A stretch of DNA of 64,000 nt, from assembly GCA_964479835.1 (NCBI GenBank), contig CAYZRE010000002.1, positions 24,987 to 88,986 on the forward strand, written 5' to 3'. Below are positions 31,270 to 40,436 of this stretch, piece after piece. Numbering within the stretch: the first letter of the stretch is position 1; every line of letters starts with the position of its first letter. The DNA is from an uncultured Candidatus Saccharibacteria bacterium. Its GTDB lineage: Bacteria; Patescibacteriota; Minisyncoccia; 2-02-FULL-40-12; GWA2-44-9. The translations under genes were made by a program, and so were the position numbers. The notes under the pieces are model-generated. The model did no database searches, was not told the DNA's origin, and saw only the letters and a program-made list of their open reading frames with translations.

Positions 31270-32064
31270 ATGAAAAAACGGTCTCGCCGCATTCTTTTCT
31301 GGCTCGCAGTGGTGGCATTCGGACTGGCCAGTTGGGTCGTCGTTAAATACGCGCAGGGGTATGTGTTCGACTGGCGTACCAACGCATTTGTCCGCACAGG
31401 TGCCATTGCGGTGAGCGTCAATACGAGCGCATCACTATTTATTGATGACATTAAAACCGGTGACACATCGTTTCTCGGCGACCGCGTAGGCAGTGACCGG
31501 CTTGCTCCCGGCACGTACGAGGTGCGACTGATCCGCGACGGATATTCGGCATGGAGAAAAACAGCAGAGGTGCGCGAAGGTATGCTCACCGATTTTCCGA
31601 CGGTACTGCTGCTGCCGACCGACGAACAGTCTTTGGGCACGCTGAAATCAGAGGCGTCGGTGTCGTTGGCGGAATCCCGGACGCTCAAGAACGCTCCGCC
31701 GAGAATACTGCCTCTCGAGGTGCGTGTTGATGACTTCGTATTGCGCGGTACGCAGTTACTGGATATGCGCACCGCATCGGGGTCGCTCATTGCGGAAAAT
31801 GTGCTGGGCATGACCGTCGCAGAGAACACCAGCCGTATTCTGTGGTGGACACACAACGAACTGTGGGTGTTGTGGTTGCGCAACACCGATTATCAGCCGT
31901 TTCGTGCCGAGGGAGAGCGGCAGGCCATCACTCGTTTCTCGGTGCCCATCCTTCGTGCCGCATGGTTCAGAGATGACGACCATATCATCGTTGATCTGGG
32001 AAATTCCGGCTATCGTGTTATTGAAACGGATGCCCGTGGTGGTGCGAATATCATCAAACTTTGA
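31270..32064 (+). CDS. PEGA-domain membrane protein
   Basis: N-terminal TM, YAQGY, TG.I.V, L.PGTY.V.L..DGY..W; TATACT-N6-ATG start. Confidence 0.75.
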   Translation: MKKRSRRILFWLAVVAFGLASWVVVKYAQGYVFDWRTNAFVRTGAIAVSVNTSASLFIDDIKTGDTSFLGDRVGSDRLAPGTYEVRLIRDGYSAWRKTAEVREGMLTDFPTVLLLPTDEQSLGTLKSEASVSLAESRTLKNAPPRILPLEVRVDDFVLRGTQLLDMRTASGSLIAENVLGMTVAENTSRILWWTHNELWVLWLRNTDYQPFRAEGERQAITRFSVPILRAAWFRDDDHIIVDLGNSGYRVIETDARGGANIIKL

Positions 32065-32113
32065 CAATACAGTCTGATTACGGTAAACTATTCGCAAGGT
32101 TTAAGGAGGCGCC

Positions 32114-32308
32114 ATGTCAGACCGATTCACGAAAAACCTGACTTTCACAGTTCTCGGTGCGGCTTACATCCTGGGAGGCGTCACTGTCACGCATGTCAGC
32201 CCATACATCGCGGGCGCACTCATCGTCATCGGCATCTATCTCGTCGTAAGGGTTGTCAGGGACCTGGTCACACCGCCGAATGCGGCAGACCTTCACTTCA
32301 AGCCGTAG
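32114..32308 (+). CDS. Small two-TM orphan protein (SD-led cassette)
   Basis: TTGACA (overlapping the upstream TGA)-N17-TAAACT promoter, SD AAGGAGG, terminator at about 32330-32358. Confidence 0.65.
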   Translation: MSDRFTKNLTFTVLGAAYILGGVTVTHVSPYIAGALIVIGIYLVVRVVRDLVTPPNAADLHFKP

Positions 32309-32372
32309 GGGGTCAACAACTGCCCACACCGCCGCCATCCCTCTGGCGGCGTTTTATTCATTCGGGTATACT

Positions 32373-32534
32373 AAAGACCTACTGCCCAATAACCTTTCTA
32401 CTGCAATCTTCATCTCTTGGCTATGGCTTCGTAATAATTCTTCAACATATCCACCGATATGTTTCAGAATTCTTCCCTCGCCTCGCTCAATAGCTAAAGA
32501 TTTCGTAACGAAAATTATTGAGTAGTAGGTCTTT
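32373..32534. repeat. Inverted-repeat-bounded element in the pilT leader
   Basis: AAAGACCTACTGCCCAATAA...TTATTGAGTAGTAGGTCTTT (18/20 complementary). Confidence 0.7.
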
Positions 32535-32539
32535 TGACT

Positions 32540-33601
32540 ATGAACTACGGGGATAAACTACAAAAACTATTAGAGGAGGCAGTGAAACAAGATGCCTCGG
32601 ATTTGCACATTGCCGCCGGCCGTCACCCGACGCTCCGGGTATATGGCGCTCTGGTCGCTCTGGAGAAAGAGGAAATCCTTACGCCCGAATCGGCCGAAGG
32701 GTTAATTTCCGAGCTGTTGCCGCCGGCAATGAAGGAGCGCTTCTTGCGTGAGCGGCAATTGGATTTCGCATATTCGATGAAAGGTGACGGACGCTTTCGC
32801 GTCAACGCCTATTTCCAACAGGGCACCTGGTCCGCCGCGCTTCGGTTAGTGCCTGCCAAAATCCGTACCATCGAAGAGCTGGGATTGCCGGAAGTGTTGC
32901 ATGACTTCGCAAAATTGACACAGGGTTTTATCCTGATGGTCGGACCGGCCGGACATGGCAAATCAACAACCACTGCCGCGATTCTGGATGAAATCAGCCG
33001 TACACGGACTTCCCATATTATCACCATTGAAGACCCTATCGAGTATCTGTTTTCTCAAAATCTCGGCATTGTATCCCAGCGTGAAGTCGGGGGCGATACG
33101 CTGTCATTCGCAGATGGCCTCAAAACGGTATTGCGACAGGATCCCGATGTCATCATGGTCGGTGAGATGCGCGACGCAGATTCCATTTCTGCCGCAATGA
33201 CGGCGGCAGAAACAGGTCACCTTGTGTTCTCCACCCTGCACACCAACTCAGCGGCCCAGACCGTTGACCGCATCATCGACTCATTCCCGCCTGCACAGCA
33301 ACAGCAAATCATCTCCCAGGTCGCCACCACGCTCGTAGCGATTGTGTCTGAGCGCCTCATCCCCCGCATCGGCGGCGGACGCGTACCTGCGCTGGAAGTT
33401 ATGATGATGAACCCTGCCATTCGCAACCTCATTCGCGAGCACAAAATATTCTCAATTGATTCTGTCATACAGACGGGCATTAAAGAAGGCATGATGACGC
33501 TCGACTATTCACTGGCGGCACTGGTCAAAGCAAAGCAAATCACTCCCGAGAACGCCGAACTCTACGCCTCCAATCCGGCGGAGCTCCAGAAGCACCGATA
33601 A
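32540..33601 (+). CDS. pilT: Type IV pilus retraction ATPase PilT/PilU
   Basis: ASDLH, RFRVN, GPAGHGKSTT, TIEDPIE, LRQDPDV, GHLV.STLHTN. Confidence 0.92.
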   Translation: MNYGDKLQKLLEEAVKQDASDLHIAAGRHPTLRVYGALVALEKEEILTPESAEGLISELLPPAMKERFLRERQLDFAYSMKGDGRFRVNAYFQQGTWSAALRLVPAKIRTIEELGLPEVLHDFAKLTQGFILMVGPAGHGKSTTTAAILDEISRTRTSHIITIEDPIEYLFSQNLGIVSQREVGGDTLSFADGLKTVLRQDPDVIMVGEMRDADSISAAMTAAETGHLVFSTLHTNSAAQTVDRIIDSFPPAQQQQIISQVATTLVAIVSERLIPRIGGGRVPALEVMMMNPAIRNLIREHKIFSIDSVIQTGIKEGMMTLDYSLAALVKAKQITPENAELYASNPAELQKHR

Positions 33602-33677
33602 TTGACTTTTCGGTAAGTTCGTCATATAATACTCTTCGATGTGAGAGAGTAGGACTTTAACTTACAAAGGAGAGCTC

Positions 33678-35093
33678 ATGAAGCTCAAAGCAGTGATGGT
33701 CCTTGCTGTGCTGATGGTTGTCGGGACGGCGTACGGCACGGGATACCCCAAACCAAAACCCCTCCCCAACCGTTTCGTTCAAGACTTCGCGCACATCATC
33801 CCCGACCAGGAGGAGGCCCGGCTCGAACAGCGCCTGGAGGCCTACGAGATGGCTACCTCCATCGAGATTGCGGTGGTGACCGTGACATCCCTGGAGGGTG
33901 AAACCATCGAGATGTACACGGTGGATTTAGCCGAATCCTGGGGCGTCGGCAAGAAGAACAAGGACAACGGCATCGTGTTCCTCACCGCTCCCAATGAGCG
34001 GGCCACGAGAATCGAGGTTGGATATGGCCTCGAACCCGATCTGACCGACCTGCGCTCGCACCGCATCATCGAGGAGCAAATCATCCCCCACTTCAAGGAG
34101 GGAAAGTTTCCCGAAGGAATCTCTGCCGGTGTCGAGGGCATTCTTGCTGCCTTGGGAGAAGCACCGTATGCCACTCGGCTCGCCGAGCGCGAGGTCCAGA
34201 GACAGGCGAACATCACGGCAAGGACGGAGGCCGGCAAGCTCTTTGGAATCATCGTCTTGAGCTTCTGCGGGATTGTTTTCGTAGTCGGCCTCTTTGTCCG
34301 CAGAAGTGCCCGCAAAGACCAGCAGAAGAAAAACAAAGAAAAGCTAGCCCGTGTCATCGGTATGATGGGCCGCGTGAGGTCGCAGGGGTATGTGCCGATT
34401 GCCGCAAACCTCGGCCGGTTGCAGGAAAAAAGCCCGAAGAGCGTTTGGCAGGAGTTCGCCGAAACTCTCATGGCCTACCCCGGCAAACTCGACAAGCTCA
34501 ACGAAGAAATCAAACGCCTGTCGAGAAAGAACAGCGTAATGAAGGACCTCGACAATGTCGCCGACGAGCTCGTACGCATCGAGGAATCGCTCACACTGCT
34601 CCTGCTGTTTCCCAAGCGCCTCCAAGAGAAGAACGAAGCTGTGCTCAAGGCCCGGGAAGAAGCAAAGGTGGTCGCCGCCCGGCTCCCTGAACACCTTACC
34701 CGTGTCAGAGAGAAGGTCAGTCAGCCCGCCTACACCAGTAAGGCGCTCGAGCAAGTGGACGCGGCCCAGAGGACTTTCGAAAAGGCCCGGGCATTCCTCT
34801 CTGCCAGGCTGGTGGATTGGATCGCACTCCTGGCAACCCTCAAAGTAATCGAGGCGTCATTGCACCAAGCCACCGAGATGACCAAGGAGAACGAGATACT
34901 GAAAGCGAGCAAGGAAGCCGCGGAGCGCGCGGTCGCCAAGCGACACAGAGAGGAAGAAGAGGATCGTCGCTGGCGGCAATCACAGTCGGATTCCTCATCG
35001 CCTACCTCCTACGGTAGCAGTGGTTCATCTTCCGGCTCCGGTGGATTCGGTGGAGGCAGCTTCGGCGGAGGCGGTTCGTCAGGCAAGTGGTAA
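33678..35093 (+). CDS. TPM-domain membrane protein with coiled coil and Gly/Ser tail
   Basis: WGVG.K.KDNG, RIEVGYGLE..LTD, FGGGSFGGGGSSGKW; own promoter, SD and terminator. Confidence 0.85.
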   Translation: MKLKAVMVLAVLMVVGTAYGTGYPKPKPLPNRFVQDFAHIIPDQEEARLEQRLEAYEMATSIEIAVVTVTSLEGETIEMYTVDLAESWGVGKKNKDNGIVFLTAPNERATRIEVGYGLEPDLTDLRSHRIIEEQIIPHFKEGKFPEGISAGVEGILAALGEAPYATRLAEREVQRQANITARTEAGKLFGIIVLSFCGIVFVVGLFVRRSARKDQQKKNKEKLARVIGMMGRVRSQGYVPIAANLGRLQEKSPKSVWQEFAETLMAYPGKLDKLNEEIKRLSRKNSVMKDLDNVADELVRIEESLTLLLLFPKRLQEKNEAVLKAREEAKVVAARLPEHLTRVREKVSQPAYTSKALEQVDAAQRTFEKARAFLSARLVDWIALLATLKVIEASLHQATEMTKENEILKASKEAAERAVAKRHREEEEDRRWRQSQSDSSSPTSYGSSGSSSGSGGFGGGSFGGGGSSGKW

Positions 35094-35134
35094 CGCACGC
35101 GGCGCGGGAGGCCTCCAAGACCCCGCGCCGTTTT

Positions 35135-35815
35135 TTATTGAATCATCCCGCCGATGGGCATAGACGCGAGTTCAGCGGGGGGTACGACAGCAACATCCTT
35201 CCACTGATAACCACGAGAAAGAAACGCTCGCTCCGTGGAAATGGGCTGGCGGTATCCGTCTTCGGTGAGAAGATAAACAGTCGGCGAGTCATCGGCCCGT
35301 GCCAGACGGGCGCTGTAGATTTCTACATACGCTCCGATGTTCGTCCATGCGAACATCTCTATGGCTAATGCAGTCGGCAGACGGATACATCCGGCTGAAT
35401 ATCTGGTAGTGATGACCTCGCCGGATGGGTACAACGGGATATCGTGAAAATAGTAGCCCCCAAAGAACCGCATGCTAAATGGCATAATGGCACCCGATAA
35501 GCCCGAGATATGCCGCCGCTCTTTGGAGAGGATGCGGAACTTCCCGATCGGCGTCGCGGTGCTGTTGTTCGGATTACCGGTACCCGCTATTCGGGTAAAC
35601 TTGTACAGATTACCGTTTTCGTACAGGGCTATAGAGTGATTATAGAGGTTGACCCGGATGAGCTGATTTTGTTCCCCTCCGTAGAAATTCAGCATGAGGC
35701 CCGACAGATAGCCGGAGAACGAGGTATCCTGGGACCGCAGATGCGTTGAAAGAACACCGTATCCGGACAGTGACACGATTGCTACGACCACAGGGAGCAT
35801 CAGCCCTTTACGCAT
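35135..35815 (-). CDS. L,D-transpeptidase family protein
   Basis: TP.G.F.I..K, MPF.M.F..GY.FH, S.GCIR. Confidence 0.85.
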   Translation of the reverse strand: MRKGLMLPVVVAIVSLSGYGVLSTHLRSQDTSFSGYLSGLMLNFYGGEQNQLIRVNLYNHSIALYENGNLYKFTRIAGTGNPNNSTATPIGKFRILSKERRHISGLSGAIMPFSMRFFGGYYFHDIPLYPSGEVITTRYSAGCIRLPTALAIEMFAWTNIGAYVEIYSARLARADDSPTVYLLTEDGYRQPISTERAFLSRGYQWKDVAVVPPAELASMPIGGMIQ

Positions 35816-35827
35816 ATGTTGACGAAG

Positions 35828-35893
35828 CTATTTCTTTTTCGGTTGCTTGGGCTTTTTGGTTTCTTTTCTCTGGGAATCGTTTCCTTTTGCCAT
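35828..35893 (-). CDS. 21-aa basic microprotein MAKGNDSQRKETKKPKQPKKK
   Basis: Translated by hand; fills the gap between co-oriented genes; TATACT upstream. Confidence 0.55.
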   Translation of the reverse strand: MAKGNDSQRKETKKPKQPKKK

Positions 35894-35931
35894 AGTCGTT
35901 TATGAGTTGCTACCGAATATAGTATATCATC

Positions 35932-36546
35932 TTACTTCTTCCGGCGCGAGACATATAAATACACTAAGATGCTTGCGACGGCGGCAAAAAAGCACCAGAC
36001 GGAAGGAAATGATGGCCGTGACAACCAGGCAACTACGATGGCCGAGGTAAGGGCGATGATGCCTGCCCTGAAAAATCCGGGTATACGCGATACGAGAAGA
36101 GCACCAGAGACAGCAATAATATAGAGTATCGCCGTCTCGGTGCCCAAGAATATGCCCAGATTATAAACGATGTGTCCGCCTGCCGTGTAGATGTACAGGG
36201 TACCCGTGAGCATTTGCCACATGTTCCAGAGAGCCGCCGCTATTCCAAGACCCAAAAACCAGCGAGTGAAATGGCGACTTGCACGGTCCAGTATATACAC
36301 CGCGAACGGCACATAGACCGGCCAAAGAACATAGGCAATCGTCAGGAAGCCGTAGCCCGCAGCAGGGCAGGTGGTGCCATTACCGAGGTAAAGCCACTGT
36401 ACGCCCTCCATGGCCTGTTGGGCGGCAAATACTAGTGGGATAACTGCGACGATTCGCTGCTTCGGCGTGGCAGCGCGCAACGAGGCAACACCAACAACAG
36501 CTAATCCTCCACTGGCAATAAAACTTGCGGTGGCGGAAAAACACAT
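35932..36546 (-). CDS. Multi-TM protein (MCFSATASF / DUF6629-like)
   Basis: MCFSA.ASF N-terminus, FA.QQ..EG..W, SVWCFFAA. Confidence 0.75.
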   Translation of the reverse strand: MCFSATASFIASGGLAVVGVASLRAATPKQRIVAVIPLVFAAQQAMEGVQWLYLGNGTTCPAAGYGFLTIAYVLWPVYVPFAVYILDRASRHFTRWFLGLGIAAALWNMWQMLTGTLYIYTAGGHIVYNLGIFLGTETAILYIIAVSGALLVSRIPGFFRAGIIALTSAIVVAWLSRPSFPSVWCFFAAVASILVYLYVSRRKK

Positions 36547-36549
36547 AAG

Positions 36550-36909
36550 CTATCCCAGAAGAACCATCAAAGCGCCGGCGAGGATGAGCAAGTCAAATTC
36601 CCAACCCGTACCGGTATGTGACCAGAACGGTGTCTTCCACTTGAAGAGATGCTGGTACAGCGCGCCCAGCATGACGAGCACGATGAATGCCGCGCCGTAT
36701 AGCTGTCCGACATTCAGGGCAACAGCTAATCCGGCCGCTATCTCACCAGCTCCGTGCAGAAACGAAACTTTCCTTGAGCCCCACCAAAACGGCGCCATCA
36801 TGTCCGGGTTTTTTGCCTTGGCATACCCATGCACAAGAAAAATGACGCCTAGTACCGTGGTCAGCGCATACCATCCCCAACCGTAGAACTGAAATAAGAA
36901 GTCTGTCAT
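36550..36909 (-). CDS. DoxX family membrane protein
   Basis: FLVHG..K, E...G, GWE.DL. Confidence 0.8.
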   Translation of the reverse strand: MTDFLFQFYGWGWYALTTVLGVIFLVHGYAKAKNPDMMAPFWWGSRKVSFLHGAGEIAAGLAVALNVGQLYGAAFIVLVMLGALYQHLFKWKTPFWSHTGTGWEFDLLILAGALMVLLG

Positions 36910-36926
36910 GCCTACAGTATATCACA

Positions 36927-37256
36927 CTAGTTCTCGAGCGCGTCGATTTTCGCGGCGAGAATAAAATCGTTTTTACTCAAGCCGTTGATTGCGTGAGTCG
37001 TAAGCGTCACCTCTAAAAATCCCCAGCCGAAGCGGATATCGGGGTGGTGACCTTCAGCCTCGGCTAGCGCGCCGATGGCATTGACCCGCTTGAGAGCTTC
37101 TGCAAAATTCTTGAATTTCCACTTCTTGAAGATGTGGTCTCCGTCGACAACCTTCCAGCCGGAAATCTCCTTCAAGTATTCAGTAATCTCATCAGGCGTA
37201 GCCTTCGGCGTCTGGCCGTTGCACGCCTCACATGTGTTCTTCGCGAGTTCACTCAT
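36927..37256 (-). CDS. Pterin-4-alpha-carbinolamine dehydratase
   Basis: AE.EGHHPDI, THAI.GLS.NDFILAAKID. Confidence 0.92.
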   Translation of the reverse strand: MSELAKNTCEACNGQTPKATPDEITEYLKEISGWKVVDGDHIFKKWKFKNFAEALKRVNAIGALAEAEGHHPDIRFGWGFLEVTLTTHAINGLSKNDFILAAKIDALEN

Positions 37257-37305
37257 TAATTTGAATTGTATCACAAACTCCGGCTTCGACCCCGACGAGG
37301 TCCGA

Positions 37306-37423
37306 GCGCGTAGCGGCCATACCGTTCAGCAGACGGCTTCGGAGGCCGACGGGCCGAGAACGCAGAAGCCCCGCCAGCAAGGCGGGGACTTCGTGTCTGT
37401 CGAATGGTATGGCCGCTACGCGC
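37306..37423 (+). repeat. Structured intergenic element D
   Basis: 22-bp closing stem; near-identical to 40314-40419. Confidence 0.85.
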
Positions 37424-37434
37424 GACCCCCATGA

Positions 37435-37692
37435 CTAGGAGAGGTGCTTCGAGACGAGCTTGGTCATCTCAAACATATTGACGACCGCTTTGCCACCAAA
37501 GACGGCCTTCAAGTTGGCGTCCGCATTGATGTTGCGCTTGTTCGCCGGGTCCTGAAGATTGTTCTTCTTGATGTAGACCCACAGTTTCTTGACGACCTCC
37601 GAGCGGGGCATAGGACCCGCACCAACTACTTCAGCTAACTCCGGGCTGACCTGCATCGGCTTCATAAACGCTGAATTGGCTTGTTGTGCCAT
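37435..37692 (-). CDS. Stand-alone SWIB/MDM2 domain protein
   Basis: SPELA.VVG..P.PR.EVVKKLW.YIK..NLQDP.NKR.I..D. Confidence 0.9.
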   Translation of the reverse strand: MAQQANSAFMKPMQVSPELAEVVGAGPMPRSEVVKKLWVYIKKNNLQDPANKRNINADANLKAVFGGKAVVNMFEMTKLVSKHLS

Positions 37693-37768
37693 GGTTGTTT
37701 ATTAGTTGTTACCGTTCCTTACAAGTATACCCTGAAATTCACACAAAGCGCAAATAGAGAGAAAGGTC

Positions 37769-38029
37769 CTATTTCTTCTTATAGATGACGCCACGGCCCG
37801 CAGAGCCAACCTGAACAATCTTGCCCTCCTTCTCCAGCTCGTCCAGATACCGCGTAGCGGTGGCATCGGATACCCCCAACGCCGTCTGCACCTGGTCGTT
37901 GAACACCTCAGTTCTGCCGTCAAACAGCGCCATCACCCGCTTGCGCGGTGGGACGCTCCCCGCCCCCGCACGCATGCCCGCCCAATACCCCGCCCCGAAA
38001 CCGACGAGTAAAAATATGAACCATGTCAT
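37769..38029 (-). CDS. TM-anchored winged-HTH protein
   Basis: N-terminal TM, LGVS.ATATRYL.ELE..G.I.Q.G..GR...Y. Confidence 0.75.
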   Translation of the reverse strand: MTWFIFLLVGFGAGYWAGMRAGAGSVPPRKRVMALFDGRTEVFNDQVQTALGVSDATATRYLDELEKEGKIVQVGSAGRGVIYKKK

Positions 38030-38035
38030 GCCTCC

Positions 38036-38089
38036 ATGCTACTCTCCCCTCCTTAAAACACAAACGGCTCATTTAATGAGCCGTTTGTG
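38036..38089 (-). promoter_or_regulatory. Palindrome copy 2 fused to a promoter
   Basis: CACAAACGGCTCATTTAATGAGCCGTTTGTG; on minus TTTGTG-N17-TAGCAT-N6-ATG. Confidence 0.75.
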
Positions 38090-38110
38090 CCATATACAAC
38101 TACTTCGTAC

Positions 38111-38806
38111 TTACTGGAGAACGCCGATGTAGAAGGCGTTATTCAGAAGGCTAATCGAGTGGCCACTCTGAGCGTTAAAGGCAGTGGTGCCGTTGACGCC
38201 GCAGAGCAGTGCCAAACCCGCTGTACCTCCCGGGTAATTGACATAGCCCGTCACATTGTAGACATTGCCGCTGATAACGGTCCAGCAATTGCCTAATGTG
38301 TTATGCGTAGCAACAGTTGCCATCGTATAACCGACCGGCGTGGCTGTCGGAGTCGGCGTAGGGGTTACCGCAGCAAGTTGGTTTGTCTTACATCTGGTAA
38401 TCGCGCTGTCGTAGGCGGTTTGAGCCGCATCGGACGCGATACGCTGGATGTTCATGGCGACAGTGATGGCAGTGCGATAATTCGCATTTGCCGTATCAAT
38501 CTGCGCCAAGTTACCGTTAGCGGCAGTGATGGCATTCTTCCGAACCTGCTTGGCGTTCTTCTTTGCAGTGTTAAGGACATCCTTAGACGCTTTCTCTGCG
38601 GTGTTGAGCGCCGTCTGGGCATCTTTCCGGCAAGCCCTGTACACGCTACTTGCGTTTATGGACTTTCCGTTGTTTTCCTTCTGCTCTGACTTCTGCTCAT
38701 CGTTTTTACCCTTGTTATCTTTGCCGTTATCGGCCAATGCCGTTGCGGCAAGTGATACTGCTACGAGACCCACGAGTCCTCCCAACGCGTACTTTTTTAT
38801 GTTCAT
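38111..38806 (-). CDS. Secreted protein with C-terminal cytochrome b5-like domain
   Basis: Signal peptide, helical region, PT linker, YT...V..HN....CW..I...VYNVT....YPGG....CG...T.AF....HS. Confidence 0.8.
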   Translation of the reverse strand: MNIKKYALGGLVGLVAVSLAATALADNGKDNKGKNDEQKSEQKENNGKSINASSVYRACRKDAQTALNTAEKASKDVLNTAKKNAKQVRKNAITAANGNLAQIDTANANYRTAITVAMNIQRIASDAAQTAYDSAITRCKTNQLAAVTPTPTPTATPVGYTMATVATHNTLGNCWTVISGNVYNVTGYVNYPGGTAGLALLCGVNGTTAFNAQSGHSISLLNNAFYIGVLQ

Positions 38807-38906
38807 ACGGATATAGTTAGAGTTATGGTTACATGAGGTAAGACGGGGCCCAAAGCAAACTCTTACAGCACAAAAACAGCCGGTCCTTAGGGGAACGGCT
38901 GGGGGG

Positions 38907-39530
38907 TCAGGCGCGTGGTATCGGGTTGTTGGGCGCTGCGAAGAAGAGCTCGCGGTGCTCGGTGAGGCGCTTGAGCGCCCGCTCAAACTGGGGGTGAAGC
39001 TCTGCGTACTCATCGGGGGTCACGAAGACCATGTAGCCCGCCTGAAGCGCTCCGTGCATCTTAACGAATACGCTACCGTGCACCGCAACTTGTTGTCCTT
39101 GGCGGCGAGCAGCCTGCAATTCTTGCCGCGAATGCGCCCACTCCTCGCGTATGGCCTCCAATCCGGCGCCCACATCGATGTCCCGGTTGAGAACACTGGG
39201 AATCGGCCACGAGGCGTGCGCCGCTATCGTGAGCCCTAACGCGTTGTCACAGATAAGCAAGTTCTCAATGAGCTCGTGATAGCTCTCATCGACGAAGACA
39301 AACTTGACCTCCTTGGTAGTGCACAGGTACAGCAGCTTGGTTTCTGCCGCCGCGACAGCCTCGATGGCCCTGCGGGCCGCAGGAGCGTTCCATGTGGCGC
39401 ACAACCTGCTCATCAGAACGGTCTTGATGCGCGTACGCGCAACCGGGCCATACCACTTGCGGGTGCCTTCCGCGCGCATGACTTCTTCCGCGATGATGCG
39501 ATCTACCTCCGCTTCAGGATATTCCCGCAT
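38907..39530 (-). CDS. Orphan hypothetical protein (SD-led cassette)
   Basis: TTGCGA-N17-TATACC promoter, SD GGAGGTG, hairpin at about 38872-38901. Confidence 0.65.
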   Translation of the reverse strand: MREYPEAEVDRIIAEEVMRAEGTRKWYGPVARTRIKTVLMSRLCATWNAPAARRAIEAVAAAETKLLYLCTTKEVKFVFVDESYHELIENLLICDNALGLTIAAHASWPIPSVLNRDIDVGAGLEAIREEWAHSRQELQAARRQGQQVAVHGSVFVKMHGALQAGYMVFVTPDEYAELHPQFERALKRLTEHRELFFAAPNNPIPRA

Positions 39531-39623
39531 CTCTCACCTCCTCCGTTGGTATAGCAAGTAAACGCGAGCGTCGCAAACGAAAAAAAGACCGAGGGGTGGG
39601 TTCCTCGGTCGAGGTCGATACGG

Positions 39624-40220
39624 TTACTGCAGGGGTGCGGCCGCCAAATCATGCATGAGGCGGAGCTCGCTCATCTGAATGTCGTACTCGGTGGTAAACC
39701 GCTCCATCAGACGGTCGCCCAGTATGACCCTCAGGAGTTGCTTGAGATGCCAGCACAACCCATCGAATAGCCACCGTTGAGCCTCGAAAATTCCGATAGC
39801 GGACAGGCGCTCAATTTCATCGGACTTCTCTTCGCAGAAGGCGCGCAAGGCGCAGACGATTGCCTCATCGCGCTCGCGGTTATGTGCCTCATGCGGCAAG
39901 ATGGTCCGGAAGATGTTCACCACGCGAGCGATAGTGGCGGTGTCTTCAAAGAGCGCACGAACCTTGGAAGCTTCTTCCGGCATCACGATATGCGGCAGTT
40001 CGGTCGGTCCCAGCGTGTAGGGAATCACCCTGCCCCAGAGCCGAATCACATCCAAGAGCAACCTCCCCTGGTATGGGTCCAGCTCCGGCATCAGTTTTGT
40101 GAACACATTCAGATTGCCAACGAGCCAGCCTGCTAGGCACGCCCGCTTCCCGGGAGCACCGCCGTCCTGACTTGTCATCAGTACCTGAAAGAATTCGAGC
40201 TGCCTTAATCCTCCGCCCAT
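39624..40220 (-). CDS. Orphan hypothetical protein (SD-led cassette)
   Basis: TTGCGG-N17-TAGAGT promoter, SD AGGAGG, terminator at about 39580-39610. Confidence 0.65.
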   Translation of the reverse strand: MGGGLRQLEFFQVLMTSQDGGAPGKRACLAGWLVGNLNVFTKLMPELDPYQGRLLLDVIRLWGRVIPYTLGPTELPHIVMPEEASKVRALFEDTATIARVVNIFRTILPHEAHNRERDEAIVCALRAFCEEKSDEIERLSAIGIFEAQRWLFDGLCWHLKQLLRVILGDRLMERFTTEYDIQMSELRLMHDLAAAPLQ

Positions 40221-40248
40221 AGCGCCTCCTCATGTAACGACACCCCCA

Positions 40249-40299
40249 ACTCTACTCTCCCGCATCTCTCTCCGCAAACGGCTCATTATGTGAGCCGTT
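40249..40299 (-). promoter_or_regulatory. Palindrome copy 3 fused to a TTGCGG promoter
   Basis: AACGGCTCA-TTATG-TGAGCCGTT abutting TTGCGG-N17-TAGAGT. Confidence 0.75.
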
Positions 40300-40313
40300 C
40301 TTTTGAGGAGCGG

Positions 40314-40419
40314 CGCGGCCATGCCATTCAGCAGACCGCTTCGGAGGACGACTGGCCCGAGAACGCAGAAGCCCCGCCAGCAAGGCGGGGCTTCGTGTCT
40401 GTCCAGTGGTATGGCCGCG
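40314..40419 (+). repeat. Structured intergenic element E
   Basis: Second copy of element D; stem changes retain pairing via G-U. Confidence 0.85.
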
Positions 40420-40436
40420 GAGCTCGACACGAACAG

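Noticed and set aside
31092-31886. Long antisense ORFs (also 30440-31216, 4940-5647, 3056-3694)
   Set aside because: Shadow frames of well-supported genes on the opposite strand
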